A stretch of 64,000 nt of DNA, taken from contig CAWIPH010000002.1 of NCBI GenBank assembly GCA_963837955.1, positions 2,144,001-2,208,000 on the forward strand, written 5' to 3'. Source of the DNA: an uncultured Verrucomicrobiae bacterium (GTDB lineage: Bacteria; Verrucomicrobiota; Verrucomicrobiia; Chthoniobacterales; JAFAMB01). This document shows, piece by piece, positions 37,095 through 47,555 of this stretch (position 1 is the stretch's first letter; every line of letters begins with the position of its first letter). The notes under the pieces are model-generated. The model did not search any database. It was not told the DNA's origin and worked only from the letters and a program-made list of their open reading frames with translations. The translations under genes and the position numbers were made by a program.

Positions 37095-38309
37095 TTACGA
37101 TTCCTTCTGCTTCTGAAGTATGGAGGCACTCCGATTGGTTGCCTGAGGCGAAACCTTCATCCCAGGCCGAACTCGGGCTTGTCCATCCACAATGATCTGA
37201 TCGGTCGGGCTGATGCCTTCGGTCACGATTCTCTTTCCATCAACTAGCGGACCCAGTGTGACCTTCCGATATTGAGTGACATCATCTTTGTCGACGATCA
37301 GAACATATTTCTGGCCTTGATCCGTGCCGATCGCCGTCTCGGATACCAATAACGCTTGATGTTGCGCGGTGGCTGGTATTCGAACCCGAGCGAAAAGCCC
37401 CGGCGTCAATCGCCCATCCGCATTTGGAAAAACAGCGCGAACAGTAATGCTGGCAGTGTCCGCGCTAACCCGATTGTCAAAGGATTCGATATAGCCGCTG
37501 CGAGGAAACCCCTCTTCATCCGTCAATTCCATCTGAATAGGAAGATTTCCCTTTTGATCTAACGGTAGCTGCCCCGCCGCCTTGAGACGCAACAGGCGGA
37601 GATACGCGGCTTCGTCAAGTGTGGCATACGTATAGACCGGATCAACGCTGACCACGGTTGTGAGCAGCGTGTTGTATCCAGGAACGCCGCTAACGTAGTT
37701 ACCTTCGGTCAAAAAAGCTCGACTGATTCTACCGGAAATCGGAGACCGGACTTCGCTTTGCTCATAATCCAGTTGAGCAGAATCTCTGGCGGCTTCCGCA
37801 GACTTTAGTACAGCTCCGGCTTGGGCTAGTTCGGACCGGCGGGCGTCTGCTTCTTCCTGGGAGATAGTATGGGTTTTCAGCAACTCATCCGCCCGCCGGC
37901 TGATCCGTTGAGCATTTTCCAGTGAGGCGGCAGATCGAGCAACCTCAGCCGTTGTCCGATCGAGGTCAGCCTTGTACCAGCGACGATCGATAACGAAGAG
38001 CACGTCACCCTGATGAACAATCTGGCCTGCCAGAAAATGTATCTCAGTGATGTGCCCGGAGACGCGAGGGCGTACTTCGACCGATTCAACCGCATCGACT
38101 CTGGCGGTGGCCGTCTCCCAATCAATGATCTGACCTTGTTCGCCAGATGAGACGGTGACGGTCGGCGGAGGAGGAGCGGCGCTATGAGTTGCCGACTGAG
38201 TGAATTTACAAGCGGTTGCGAAAACAATCCAAACGAGAGTCAGCACCAAGCAACCGGCTCGGATTCCCTCCCTTGTTCTCATTAGTACGAGCGATTTTTG
38301 TCTCTCCAT
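37095..38309 (-). CDS. RND efflux periplasmic adaptor (MexE-like)
   Basis: VEVRPRVSG, VRSPISGRISR, LTPGLFARV, AIGTDQ. Confidence 0.93.
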   Translation of the reverse strand: MERQKSLVLMRTREGIRAGCLVLTLVWIVFATACKFTQSATHSAAPPPPTVTVSSGEQGQIIDWETATARVDAVESVEVRPRVSGHITEIHFLAGQIVHQGDVLFVIDRRWYKADLDRTTAEVARSAASLENAQRISRRADELLKTHTISQEEADARRSELAQAGAVLKSAEAARDSAQLDYEQSEVRSPISGRISRAFLTEGNYVSGVPGYNTLLTTVVSVDPVYTYATLDEAAYLRLLRLKAAGQLPLDQKGNLPIQMELTDEEGFPRSGYIESFDNRVSADTASITVRAVFPNADGRLTPGLFARVRIPATAQHQALLVSETAIGTDQGQKYVLIVDKDDVTQYRKVTLGPLVDGKRIVTEGISPTDQIIVDGQARVRPGMKVSPQATNRSASILQKQKES

Positions 38310-38461
38310 ATGAAAGTTTCGATTAGCGAGTGATGGTGAACTGGCGTGTTGACAACGTTATGTCAGGAGATATAGGGCTCTTCGGATCGCCTACTGGTTT
38401 GGGTCGGCTCAAGGAAGCGCCGAACGAGCGAGCGAACAAAGGGGGCCAGGACGTGTTGCAT

Positions 38462-38481
38462 TGTTCGCATATACGCGAACA
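38462..38481. promoter_or_regulatory. Putative ArsR-family operator
   Basis: TGTTCGC-ATATAC-GCGAACA between the divergent MFP and ArsR genes. Confidence 0.55.
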
Positions 38482-38516
38482 TTGGAAATCTGGCAACTAT
38501 TGGTTATATTTCTTTT

Positions 38517-38858
38517 ATGCGCGTGCCGCTACACCCGGCCAAAAACCAGATCTCTTTGCCCAACGTCCTCTTCGCTTTAAGTGATCCGACCCGTCTCCGA
38601 ATCGTCAAGGCAATCGCCGAACACGATAAGATAAACTGTTGCGATATCGAGATTGATCTTAGCAAATCGACCGCCTCACGCCACTTTCGGGTTCTGCGCG
38701 AGGCAGGCATTATTCGAATGGAGCCGCGCGGAGTGGTATCCATCAATTCATTGCGACGCCAGGAATTGGAGGAACTTTTCCCAGGTCTTTTGGATTCCGT
38801 ACTCCAAGCAATGGAACCAGCTCGCCCGCGAGCACGGCTGGCATCTAAAACAGCCTGA
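38517..38858 (+). CDS. ArsR/SmtB-family regulator
   Basis: LFALSDPTRLRIV, SKSTASRHFRVLREAG, FPGLLDSVL. Confidence 0.93.
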   Translation: MRVPLHPAKNQISLPNVLFALSDPTRLRIVKAIAEHDKINCCDIEIDLSKSTASRHFRVLREAGIIRMEPRGVVSINSLRRQELEELFPGLLDSVLQAMEPARPRARLASKTA

Positions 38859-38979
38859 TCCTTGGCTTAGAATCTCACGCAAAGACGCAAAGGTTGGGAA
38901 GCCGAAAACGAGATGCATTGCGTTTTTAACCAGAGCCGTCTGGCGAAGCGCATGACAGCTGACAAATAGACATCCGCCG

Positions 38980-39339
38980 AGAGGAGTCATCCCGGCTTGT
39001 CCGCAGTAGCCCGGAGACCGCCTTCGCTCTTCGAACTACGGCGCGGAGGAGGAAGGGACTCAATGAAAGTAGCCCAGTACGAAGTGCTGGGAAATAATGC
39101 AAAAAGACAGGTCCGTCCCGGCAGGGACGATAGAATTTTTTTGGCTTCTAGTCCTCTCGTATGCGGCTTCATCAGCGTAAGCAACCCTCGATCGTCCCAT
39201 CCGGGACGGGTCGTTTTTTTAACGCCACCCAGCACTTCGTACTGGGCTACTTTCATTGGATCCCTCCCTCCTTCGCGCCGTAGTTCGAAGAGCGAAGGCG
39301 GTCTCCTGGCTACGGCGGACAAGCCGGGACGACTCCTCT
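38980..39339. repeat. Long palindromic REPIN-like element (360 bp)
   Basis: Near-perfect arms over 110 bp: AGAGGAGTCATCCCGGCTTGTCCGC...GTAGCCCAGTACGAAGTGCTGGG and its reverse complement. Confidence 0.92.
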
Positions 39340-39502
39340 GCGCATGCTTCTAATCCCTACGTTGACGTGCATGCGGGTCCACCATAAGGCCCATGTCTGG
39401 TTTTCTGCCCGGGGTTTTAACCCCGGGAAACGAGTTACAAATGTTACGCCCTGAAAGCGGCGCTAGAATAGAGGGCCGATGTGATCGCTTCGAGCCCTCG
39501 TG

Positions 39503-40132
39503 CTAGCCAGCATCAATCGCTATCACTAATGACTTACGATCCTCTTCGGTTTCGTTACTGAACCGGATCTTGCTCGATTGGAGTTTGGTTTCCCAACTCG
39601 GATTAGCTGCGCTGACGACTAGGTAAGCGGCGGAAGGGGTCGGCGACAGATGCGGTTCGTTTCCAGCCAAGATCGTTCGCTTCACATCACGGTAGAGAAT
39701 TTCGGTCGCAAGATCTTGAAGACTGGCGGCATCGATGGCGTTCACTGAAGCAAGCAGCGAGCTCTTGATCAGGTCGCGCGCGAAGATCCCGTTCTTCTGA
39801 TCATCGACGAAAGACCGAGCGATCACTAAGCGAACTCCGGTGATTATTTGTTTCGCATCAGTCTTGACGTAGACCGTTACTAGTTGACGAAAAGCGGATC
39901 CTGTTGGTTTGAAAGAGGCGATTTGGCCGTCGACTGACGATTGGGCGTCTCCGACTGGCTCGAGATTGAAGAATTGAAAATAGTCGGAATGAGCCTGAGC
40001 AAAAGCTAGTTTGGTCCCCAGCAAACCCGAAGTATTGTCCTTGTTCGCGGCACTGGCACCTTGAACATCGCTCACAGCCAGCAGGATGGGAAAAAGCCCC
40101 ACTGGAAACTTTCGCAGTAGTTTGAAAATCAT
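39503..40132 (-). CDS. Hypothetical secreted protein (209 aa)
   Basis: Signal-like N-terminus; no recognised motif. Confidence 0.65.
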   Translation of the reverse strand: MIFKLLRKFPVGLFPILLAVSDVQGASAANKDNTSGLLGTKLAFAQAHSDYFQFFNLEPVGDAQSSVDGQIASFKPTGSAFRQLVTVYVKTDAKQIITGVRLVIARSFVDDQKNGIFARDLIKSSLLASVNAIDAASLQDLATEILYRDVKRTILAGNEPHLSPTPSAAYLVVSAANPSWETKLQSSKIRFSNETEEDRKSLVIAIDAG

Positions 40133-40333
40133 GACGCTTTTCGGTTAAGACGCGAGACGCAGTCCGAATTGCGGACGACATCGGAGTTCCTCTCGATATC
40201 GTCGGCTGCTGCATTGGCACCTAGTGCGACTCCAGCACCAGCAACCCGGCGGGGCGGGTGTTTTTCACGGTGGGCATCGCCGTGCTGACGCTTTGTGAGA
40301 AGCCAAGTGATGTGCGCGCACGTCAAGAGATCT

Positions 40334-40559
40334 GTCCCGTGAGGGACACTGCGAAAGTAGCCCAGCACTTTAGTGCTGGGATAGCGTTAAGACGCCTCCG
40401 TCCCGACAGGGACGATCGATTCACCCTCTGCGCTCGTGACGTCGCATTAGAAACCATTACCCTCAAACGTTTCGATCGTCCCTCCCGGGACGGCACCCCC
40501 TCTATACACCTACCCAGCAATAAATTGCTGGGCTACTATCACGATGTCCCTCCCGGGAC
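40334..40559. repeat. GTCCC/GGGAC palindromic element related to 38980-39339
   Basis: GAAAGTAGCCCAGCACTTTAGTGCTGGG ... CCCAGCAATAAATTGCTGGGCTAC. Confidence 0.8.
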
Positions 40560-40752
40560 GGGGACCCTCTTGCTTCTATTCCCAGTCCCAAGGCTGCGCA
40601 CATGCGTCAACCTAAGGCCGCCGTGTGATTCTCTGCCCTCAATACGTTCTCACACTGTGATGCCTTATGAGGGCATATCGCTTAATACTAAACCCGGGGT
40701 TAAACCGGGTTAAAACCCCGGGCTGGTTCCTCTTCCCCCTTCGGGGGACCGA

Positions 40753-41562
40753 TCACCCGGTCACGCTATCGCTCTCTGGTTCAAACAGCGACATCAACGC
40801 GGGATACAGAGTCGGCGGACCCGCGATCACGCGATTTCCCTTCCATAACCCGTCATCCGAAAGGAAGTCGCTGATGGTGCCACCTGCAGCCTGGACGACC
40901 GCGAGTGCACCCAGGCAATCCCAGGAATTTATATGTGGCTCGACATACCCGATCAGGCGTCCGCACGCGACATAGCAGAGTGTCAGTGCACCTGAACCGT
41001 CACGATAAAACATCGCGCCGCGGTGAAGTAACCTGGAGAAGAGCGGAAGGAATTGGTCAGGTCGCACCCGTGGCGAATAGCCGACTCCGACAATGCCATC
41101 GGTCAAACGAGCCGCGGCGCTCACTTGGATTGTCCTTCCATTTAAAGTTGCCCCTTGCTGTTGCCCGCCAGCAAACAATTCGTCGCGAGCTGGACTGTAC
41201 ACAAAACCCATCTCCAATCTGCCGTTAAGGACGAAGGCCATTGACACGCACCAACCTGTCATGCCGCTAATGAAGGGTTGGGTGCCATCGATCGGATCCA
41301 CTACCCAAATACCTTGACCGGAAGTGAACTGAGTGTGCCCCGTCTCTTCACCGAGAAAAGCGTCCTCTGGAAACCGAGCCTCAATCCGATTGCGAATAAG
41401 TAACTCCGTATTGAGGTCCGCCTCGCTGGCCATGTCCTGCTGGCCTTTGGTTTTTACGACCAGGGTATCCAGGCGCCGGAAATAGTTGAGAGCGAGTTCG
41501 CCGGCCTCTTGGATGAGACTGGACCCGAAATCAAAGCGTTCACGGAACAATGGAGTGCTCAT
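40753..41562 (-). CDS. Inositol monophosphatase family protein
   Basis: FLGEE, WVVDPIDGT, SWDCLGA; start 41562 or 41574. Confidence 0.92.
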   Translation of the reverse strand: MSTPLFRERFDFGSSLIQEAGELALNYFRRLDTLVVKTKGQQDMASEADLNTELLIRNRIEARFPEDAFLGEETGHTQFTSGQGIWVVDPIDGTQPFISGMTGWCVSMAFVLNGRLEMGFVYSPARDELFAGGQQQGATLNGRTIQVSAAARLTDGIVGVGYSPRVRPDQFLPLFSRLLHRGAMFYRDGSGALTLCYVACGRLIGYVEPHINSWDCLGALAVVQAAGGTISDFLSDDGLWKGNRVIAGPPTLYPALMSLFEPESDSVTG

Positions 41563-41617
41563 AGAAAAGCTCATTGAAAGTTGAGATATTTTGGACCGAG
41601 AAAAAGGGCAAGCCGAG

Positions 41618-42517
41618 TTAATATTCCTTCCAGAGCCAAGCGGCGCCGCGTACCCCGCTGGAGTCACCGTGCATCGCCTTGCGAATAGGCGTTTCGAATA
41701 CCGTTGAGAAGGTATATTGCGCCAGTTCCGGCGGAAGGTCGGTATAGAGCTCGTCCACGTTGGACATTCCGCCTCCTATAACGAAAATGTCCGGATCGAG
41801 CGCATTGACGACCAGCGACAAACCGCGCCCAAGCCGGTTGATGTAACGGCGCCAGACTAGCTGAGCGAGGCGATCCCCGTTGCGCATTTTTGCAATAATG
41901 CCGTCTGCCGTTAGTTCGGTCTCAGTATGCCGAGCATAATCAGCCTGGAAAGCGCGTCCGGAGATCCAGCTGGCCAGACAACCATGTTTACCGCAAAAAC
42001 AAGGTGGCCCTGGGATCTCCGTAACGTCTGGGATGGGCAACGGATTGTGACCCCATTCGCCTGCGCTGTTGTTAGGTCCGTGATGTGCCTGTCCGCCGAT
42101 GGCAATGCCGGCTCCCGCACTGCTGCCAAGAATGACCGCAAAAACGACGTTGTAGCCGGCACCTGCTCCGTCAACTGCCTCAGACGCGGCCAAGCAATCT
42201 GCATCGTTCTCGACTCGAATTTCGCGTTGAAGCGCGGCGCGAAGATCTTGCTCAACCGGCTGCCCAAGCAGCCAGGTAGAACTCGCTCCCTTACCTAGGC
42301 GCGATTTCGGCTCGAGTGATCCAGGTATGCCGATACCGACCGTACCACTCTGTCTCGTCTCCTGCTCGATCCGCTTGACTAGGTCAGTGATCACTCGGAT
42401 GCAGCCCTGATAATCGTGCCGGGGTGTGTCTTCGCGCAGGCGGATAATTTCCTTGCCTTGATCCGTAAGGGCGATCCCCTCGATCTTCGTCCCGCCCCAG
42501 TCGATACCGATGAACAT
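41618..42517 (-). CDS. ROK-family sugar kinase (Mak/fructokinase-like)
   Basis: IGIDWGGTKIE, ENDADC, AGEWGHNPLP, CFCGKHGC, HGDSSGVRGAAWLW. Confidence 0.92.
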   Translation of the reverse strand: MFIGIDWGGTKIEGIALTDQGKEIIRLREDTPRHDYQGCIRVITDLVKRIEQETRQSGTVGIGIPGSLEPKSRLGKGASSTWLLGQPVEQDLRAALQREIRVENDADCLAASEAVDGAGAGYNVVFAVILGSSAGAGIAIGGQAHHGPNNSAGEWGHNPLPIPDVTEIPGPPCFCGKHGCLASWISGRAFQADYARHTETELTADGIIAKMRNGDRLAQLVWRRYINRLGRGLSLVVNALDPDIFVIGGGMSNVDELYTDLPPELAQYTFSTVFETPIRKAMHGDSSGVRGAAWLWKEY

Positions 42518-42575
42518 ATACGCGGTTTGTTTTTATTGTGGCTCGCACCCCCGGTGCGGATCCGACTTGCCAAGC

Positions 42576-43829
42576 TTAAGTATTGATCTGAAACAGGAGA
42601 TCCCGGTCTTGCGAAAAATCGGCCAGAAAGGGCAGGCTAGCCGCTCCCAACACGCGGGCATCGCTGCCAATCATACCTTCAACGATGTCTACTGGAGCGA
42701 CTCCCTGCGTCTCCATGCGCGCGAACTTCTCGCGGGTTAGCTGAACGACAGCGGACCGTATCGATTTGGGAAAAGCCCCGTCGATTACGATCGCCTCGAA
42801 ATCAATTACGGAAATGGCCGAAACGATTGCCATACTGAGACTATCCGTTGCCCGCCGGATCCAGACGTCCAAAGTGGCGCCGGCTTCCCTCCATTCGTCC
42901 GACGAGTGCCACAGGATCGCAGGATCTTTGGCCTCGTTCCTCATCATATTCTCAAGAAGGTAGATGGATGCGCAGCGAATCAGGCTTTGGGGCGAGTGGC
43001 TGTTTGAGGGATCCGGCACTAAAACCGAACCGAAAGCGCCGGCGTTCCCGGTACGTCCTGGATAGAGGCTGCCGTCCAGAACGACCCCGCCTCCAACCAG
43101 CGTAGCAATGAAGATATAGAGAAAATTTGCGTAACGTGCGCCGCTCCCAAACGCGAGTTCCGCTCCGCAGGCCGCTGTTGCGTCGTTACAGAAGTGGACG
43201 GGCCAGGGGACGAGCTTCGCGACCCCAGCTCTAATGTCGTATGTGCGCCAAGCCTCGACCACCTCGTGCGGCGCGCCGACTTCCGCCTCCCAGCCCCACA
43301 TTTCAAACGGCGCCGCTATACCAACTCCACAGATTTTCCCGCGCTGCTGTTCGCTCAGATCGGCTGTGATCTCGGCAACGCCTGATCGAATAAATCGCTC
43401 CAAATCATCGGGTGCGGGATAAGCGTAGGTCGTTCGCACTATGCGACGACCTGTTCCGACGAAATCCATCAGCACAAGATCCGCGCTGCGCCGGCCAAAT
43501 TTGAAGCCGATCGAGAAGGCGCCTTCTGGATTCAGCGACATGGGAATTGAGGGCTGTCCGACCTTGCCGCGCATCGGCTCCTTCCGTACCAACAAACCAT
43601 CGTCCTCAAGTTGCTTCATGATCACCGAACTGGTCTGGGTCGACAGTCCGGTGCGCCGTGCAATCTCGGTTTTTGAAAGACTTCCGTGCCTGCGAATCAG
43701 GGAAAGAACCAAACTTTTATTGTATAGCTTGACGCCAGATTGGTTCGTACCGCGGCTCGCATCCGCACTTTTGGGGGAGACCAATGGAGATGAGGATGTG
43801 CGATTGCGCATACTTCGGTTCAGCACCAT
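42576..43829 (-). CDS. ROK-family transcriptional repressor (FrcR-like)
   Basis: N-terminal HTH (LSKTEIARRTGLS), RGKVGQP, NDATAACGAEL, GNAGAFG. Confidence 0.92.
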   Translation of the reverse strand: MVLNRSMRNRTSSSPLVSPKSADASRGTNQSGVKLYNKSLVLSLIRRHGSLSKTEIARRTGLSTQTSSVIMKQLEDDGLLVRKEPMRGKVGQPSIPMSLNPEGAFSIGFKFGRRSADLVLMDFVGTGRRIVRTTYAYPAPDDLERFIRSGVAEITADLSEQQRGKICGVGIAAPFEMWGWEAEVGAPHEVVEAWRTYDIRAGVAKLVPWPVHFCNDATAACGAELAFGSGARYANFLYIFIATLVGGGVVLDGSLYPGRTGNAGAFGSVLVPDPSNSHSPQSLIRCASIYLLENMMRNEAKDPAILWHSSDEWREAGATLDVWIRRATDSLSMAIVSAISVIDFEAIVIDGAFPKSIRSAVVQLTREKFARMETQGVAPVDIVEGMIGSDARVLGAASLPFLADFSQDRDLLFQINT

Positions 43830-43911
43830 TGGCTGATCGTGGGCTCGGCCGTCTTCAATGACTTCGGTTGCCAGCTAGCCGGAACGGGTTGATTTCGCTG
43901 GCCGCCTGGGA

Positions 43912-43995
43912 ATCGTAGAAAGGGAAGGGCGGCGGGTCAATAATAAATCATCCCGATTTATTTAAATTGACACCTTTATACTCTAATCGCAGAAT
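43912..43995. promoter_or_regulatory. Back-to-back sigma70 promoters with a central palindromic operator
   Basis: Minus strand TTGACC-N17-TACGAT; plus strand TTGACA-N17-CAGAAT; AATAAATC-ATCCC-GATTTATT at 43942-43962. Confidence 0.7.
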
Positions 43996-44186
43996 GCATG
44001 AAACTTAGGCGCCACCTAAACTAAGGCCACGTAAGGGCTAAGAGTCGCTTAGGCCAGATCCCCAGAACCTCCAAGAACTGCCGCTTTCTGAAGATTCTTG
44101 ATCCAAGCTGCTATTCTCAAGTAGGTCCACGCTTTTTCAGATTTTTACAGAATCGAAATCAACCCCCCCCAGCAAAGGTAAACTAC

Positions 44187-45374
44187 ATGCGTATTGGTAC
44201 TATTCGCGCTGCAGCGCTTCGCATCGCCAAAATTAACGGCGGTGAAACTTACAATAGGAATGAACGATGGATCCCGAGGGACAGGCAAGAAGCTTCTTGC
44301 CAAACTCAAGACGGCCCGCGAGCCAGACTATCAGTTATATTTGCGGCTGTGGCTGCATCAGCCCTTGTAGTCTTAAGTGGCGGAATAACAGCCGCGAATG
44401 CCGCCGATCAGATATTGATCGGATTAGTGACTAAGACGGAGGTTAATCCGTATTTCGTCAAGCTACGGCAGGCGGCTACGGCCGAGACCGAGAAGCAAGG
44501 TGCAAAGCTGATCGCCCGATTTGGTAAGTTTGACGGTGACAATGAGGGGCAGGTAGCCGCCGTGGAGGACCTGATCAGTGCCGGCGTCAAGGGCATCTTG
44601 ATCACTCCCAACAACTCCACCGGAATGCTTGGGATAATCAAGAAGGCGCGTGAAAAGGGTATTCTTGTGATCGCTCTCGATACAGCAACGGACCCAGCGG
44701 ATGCCGTCGATGCCACCTTGGCCACAGACAATTTCGAAGCCGGAGTGCTACAGGGCCAGTACGCCAAAAAAGCTCTTGGGAGCAAAGCTCCGAAGCTGGC
44801 CATGCTCGACGGCACACCTGGCGGGACCGTGGATACGCAGCGGCATGATGGATTCCTGAAAGGCTTTGGGCTGAAGGAAGGTGACCCGGCAATCGTTGGT
44901 AAACAGAATACGCACGGTGCTCAGGACGAAGGGCAAACCGCGATGGAAAACCTTCTCACGGCGCACCCCGACATTAATGTAGTATACACTATCAATGAGC
45001 CGGCGGCGGAGGGAGCCTACGCGGCAATCAAGGCTCGCGGCAAAACGAAAGACATCGTTTTGACTTCGATCGACGGAGGTCGGCTCGGTGTTCAATACGT
45101 TAAGGACGGCAAGATAGCAGCGACAGTCATGCAATTCCCGAAGCTCATGGCCACTCGAGGCGTTGACTATGTGGTTGAGTACGTAAAATCGGGAAAGAAG
45201 CCGAGCGGGTTCATCAACACTGGCGCCAGTTTAATCTCTGACAAACCTTTCTCGGGTCTTCCCATAAAGGATACGAAATGGGGCTTGGAAAACTGCTGGG
45301 GACTAGTCACACCGGCAGTTGCTTTGGACAAGCTCGTTGCGCGCGCGACTGAACCCTCGGATTCGCGCCCCTAG
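44187..45374 (+). CDS. Sugar ABC substrate-binding protein (FrcB fructose-binding-like); start uncertain
   Basis: GLVTKTEVNPYFVKL, DGDNEGQV, ATDNFEAG, VVYTINEPAA, SIDGG, ENCWG. Confidence 0.9.
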   Translation: MRIGTIRAAALRIAKINGGETYNRNERWIPRDRQEASCQTQDGPRARLSVIFAAVAASALVVLSGGITAANAADQILIGLVTKTEVNPYFVKLRQAATAETEKQGAKLIARFGKFDGDNEGQVAAVEDLISAGVKGILITPNNSTGMLGIIKKAREKGILVIALDTATDPADAVDATLATDNFEAGVLQGQYAKKALGSKAPKLAMLDGTPGGTVDTQRHDGFLKGFGLKEGDPAIVGKQNTHGAQDEGQTAMENLLTAHPDINVVYTINEPAAEGAYAAIKARGKTKDIVLTSIDGGRLGVQYVKDGKIAATVMQFPKLMATRGVDYVVEYVKSGKKPSGFINTGASLISDKPFSGLPIKDTKWGLENCWGLVTPAVALDKLVARATEPSDSRP

Positions 45375-45409
45375 TTTGCATCCGGTAATGGCTCGATAGA
45401 GTACGGGAA

Positions 45410-46414
45410 ATGGGCACCGGACCCACGAGCGTGAGCAGCGTAGTGAGGCCGAACCGCACAAGGGTGGGGTTCGGCCGGATTATCACTACGCCAACGTTTG
45501 GACCGCTGATGGTTTTGGTGGTCTTCTGCGCGGTGTTCTCACTGACCACGCGCACGTTCTGGGCGCCCGGTAATCTCTCGCTCGTTGTCCAGCAGAGCGT
45601 CATCGTGGGGACGCTGGCGATCGGCCAAACGATGATCATCCTGACGGCCGGGATCGACTTGGCCAATGGCGGTATCGCCGTCCTCGGAACTATCATTGCA
45701 GGCCGATTGGTGGCCCAAGAGCAAAATCCAGCGCTATCTCTGCTCTTTGCGCTCGTTCTCTGCACCTGCTTCGGATTAACGGCCGGGTTGCTGGTCAGCA
45801 GGTTGATGTTGCCGCCGTTCATTGTGACGCTCGGATTGCTCGGGATTATCACCGCGATCACCCGCCTGGTAGCACAGGGTGGAGCTTTTCCTGTTACCGA
45901 CGACTTGCTTTCGTGGACCGGGAATGCTTTCGCAGTTGGCGATACTTCGATCACGTACGGCATGATTGTCATGTTTTGCCTGTACGGCCTCGTGTGGTAT
46001 TTACTCACCCAGACCGCCTGGGGCCGGCATGTCTATGCGATCGGAAACAATCGCGAAGCGGCTCGCCTCGTGGGTATCCCGGTGCAGGCCAGGTTACTTT
46101 CGGTCTATACATTCGCAGGCTTGCTGTACGGAATCGGGGCATGGTTGGCGTTGGGTCGCATTCCGAACGCCGATCCGAATGCGTTGCAAAACGCTAACCT
46201 GGACAGCATCACGGCAGTCGTTATTGGTGGAACTAGCCTGTTCGGCGGACGCGGAAGCTTATGGGGAACTCTCATCGGAACATTAATCGTGGCCGTACTT
46301 CGAAACGGTCTGACCCTCACCGGGATTGACCCGCTTTGGCAGGATCTTGTCACCGGTATATTGGTGATCAGTGCGGTTGCTCTGGATCAAGTTTCAAGAA
46401 GGAGGCAGCGATGA
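45410..46414 (+). CDS. Sugar ABC permease (FrcC-like)
   Basis: IILTAGIDL, LPPFIVTLG, WGRHVYAIGNN, ANLDSITAVVIGGTSLFGGRG. Confidence 0.93.
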   Translation: MGTGPTSVSSVVRPNRTRVGFGRIITTPTFGPLMVLVVFCAVFSLTTRTFWAPGNLSLVVQQSVIVGTLAIGQTMIILTAGIDLANGGIAVLGTIIAGRLVAQEQNPALSLLFALVLCTCFGLTAGLLVSRLMLPPFIVTLGLLGIITAITRLVAQGGAFPVTDDLLSWTGNAFAVGDTSITYGMIVMFCLYGLVWYLLTQTAWGRHVYAIGNNREAARLVGIPVQARLLSVYTFAGLLYGIGAWLALGRIPNADPNALQNANLDSITAVVIGGTSLFGGRGSLWGTLIGTLIVAVLRNGLTLTGIDPLWQDLVTGILVISAVALDQVSRRRQR

Positions 46415-47235
46415 CCAAGAAGAGTGAAGACGCGGTTTCGGTCGAGCGGAATGCCGTTGTTCTAGCGGCCCGAGGCATTGTTAAACGTTACGGGCACGTC
46501 ACGGCACTGAATGGCGCGGACTTGGAACTGCGAGCAGGAGAGATCCTTGCGTTAGTGGGTGATAACGGGGCCGGAAAGAGTACGCTAATTAAAGTGCTCT
46601 GTGGTGCGGTCGTTCCGGACGCCGGAGAGGTTTTGCTGGATGGCGAGCCGGTTCATTTCCGTAGTCCGTTGGATGCTCGCAAGCGTGGGATTGAAACCGT
46701 GTACCAGGATCTCGCGGTGGCTCCCGCTCTCGACATAGCCAGCAACTTGTTCCTGGGTCGGGAGGTGCGGCGCGCCGGCCTGCTCGGTTCCTGCTTCAGG
46801 TTACTCGACAAGAGCAGGATGAGGCGCGAAGCCAAGCGAGAAATGGAAGAACTGAAGTTCAATCTTCCTTCCATCGACAGTACGGTCGAGAAGCTTTCTG
46901 GCGGACAACGTCAAGGAGTGGCCGTGGCGCGGGCCGCGATCTTTGCCCGCCGGCTGGTGATTATGGACGAGCCGACCGCTGCGCTGGGAGTTCGTGAGTC
47001 CGGACAGGTCTTGAATCTGATCCGCAGCATCCGCGACCGAGGGCTGGCAGTCATCCTCATCAGCCACGATATGCCGCATGTTTTCGAAGTGGCGGACCGC
47101 ATCCAAATCATGCGCCTTGGCCGGCGGGCTGCGGTCGCGACTCCGCAGCAACATACCATGTCCGAAGTCGTGGCGATCATGACCGGCGCGGCGAGCGGAG
47201 ATCAGCCGCCTGCTCCACCGAACGGTACGGGGTAA
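46411..47235 (+). CDS. Sugar ABC ATP-binding protein (FrcA-like)
   Basis: GDNGAGKST, LSGGQRQGVAVARA, MDEPTAALGV, ISHDMPHVFE; ATGA overlap. Confidence 0.93.
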   Translation: MTKKSEDAVSVERNAVVLAARGIVKRYGHVTALNGADLELRAGEILALVGDNGAGKSTLIKVLCGAVVPDAGEVLLDGEPVHFRSPLDARKRGIETVYQDLAVAPALDIASNLFLGREVRRAGLLGSCFRLLDKSRMRREAKREMEELKFNLPSIDSTVEKLSGGQRQGVAVARAAIFARRLVIMDEPTAALGVRESGQVLNLIRSIRDRGLAVILISHDMPHVFEVADRIQIMRLGRRAAVATPQQHTMSEVVAIMTGAASGDQPPAPPNGTG

Positions 47236-47555
47236 CCCTCTCCGAGGACCTTCCGCAGAGGGATAATCCGCAGATTACACAGAGGAATAATCCGCAGATT
47301 TCGCAGATTACACAGATTTTCCTGAAGACCTGACGGGGCGCTGAAGGCGAAGGGAGGCTTAGTCTCTCGGTGGGAAGCTCGGGTAAATGAATACGTTCAA
47401 CTGCCGGCAGCTTGCTAGGCTACGCGAACAGCCCCCGGTACAGGAATCCAATGCATTAATCTGTGTAATCTGCGGATTATTCCTCTGCGGATGCGGCCTC
47501 GCTGCGGACAGTATGGGTTGCCAGTCTTGGCGTTAGGGCTCTATGATCTGCGGCC

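Noticed and set aside
16155..38309. Two RND pairs lacking an outer-membrane factor gene
   Set aside because: Common arrangement; a shared TolC-like gene is typically encoded elsewhere.
38987..39353. Mirror-image ORFs on both strands (MSAVARRPPSLFELRR)
   Set aside because: A consequence of the long palindrome.
45295..45374. C-terminal extension of the FrcB-like protein after ENCWG
   Set aside because: Removing one G from the GGGG run gives CWD-stop, so it may be a homopolymer error; not supportable as biology.
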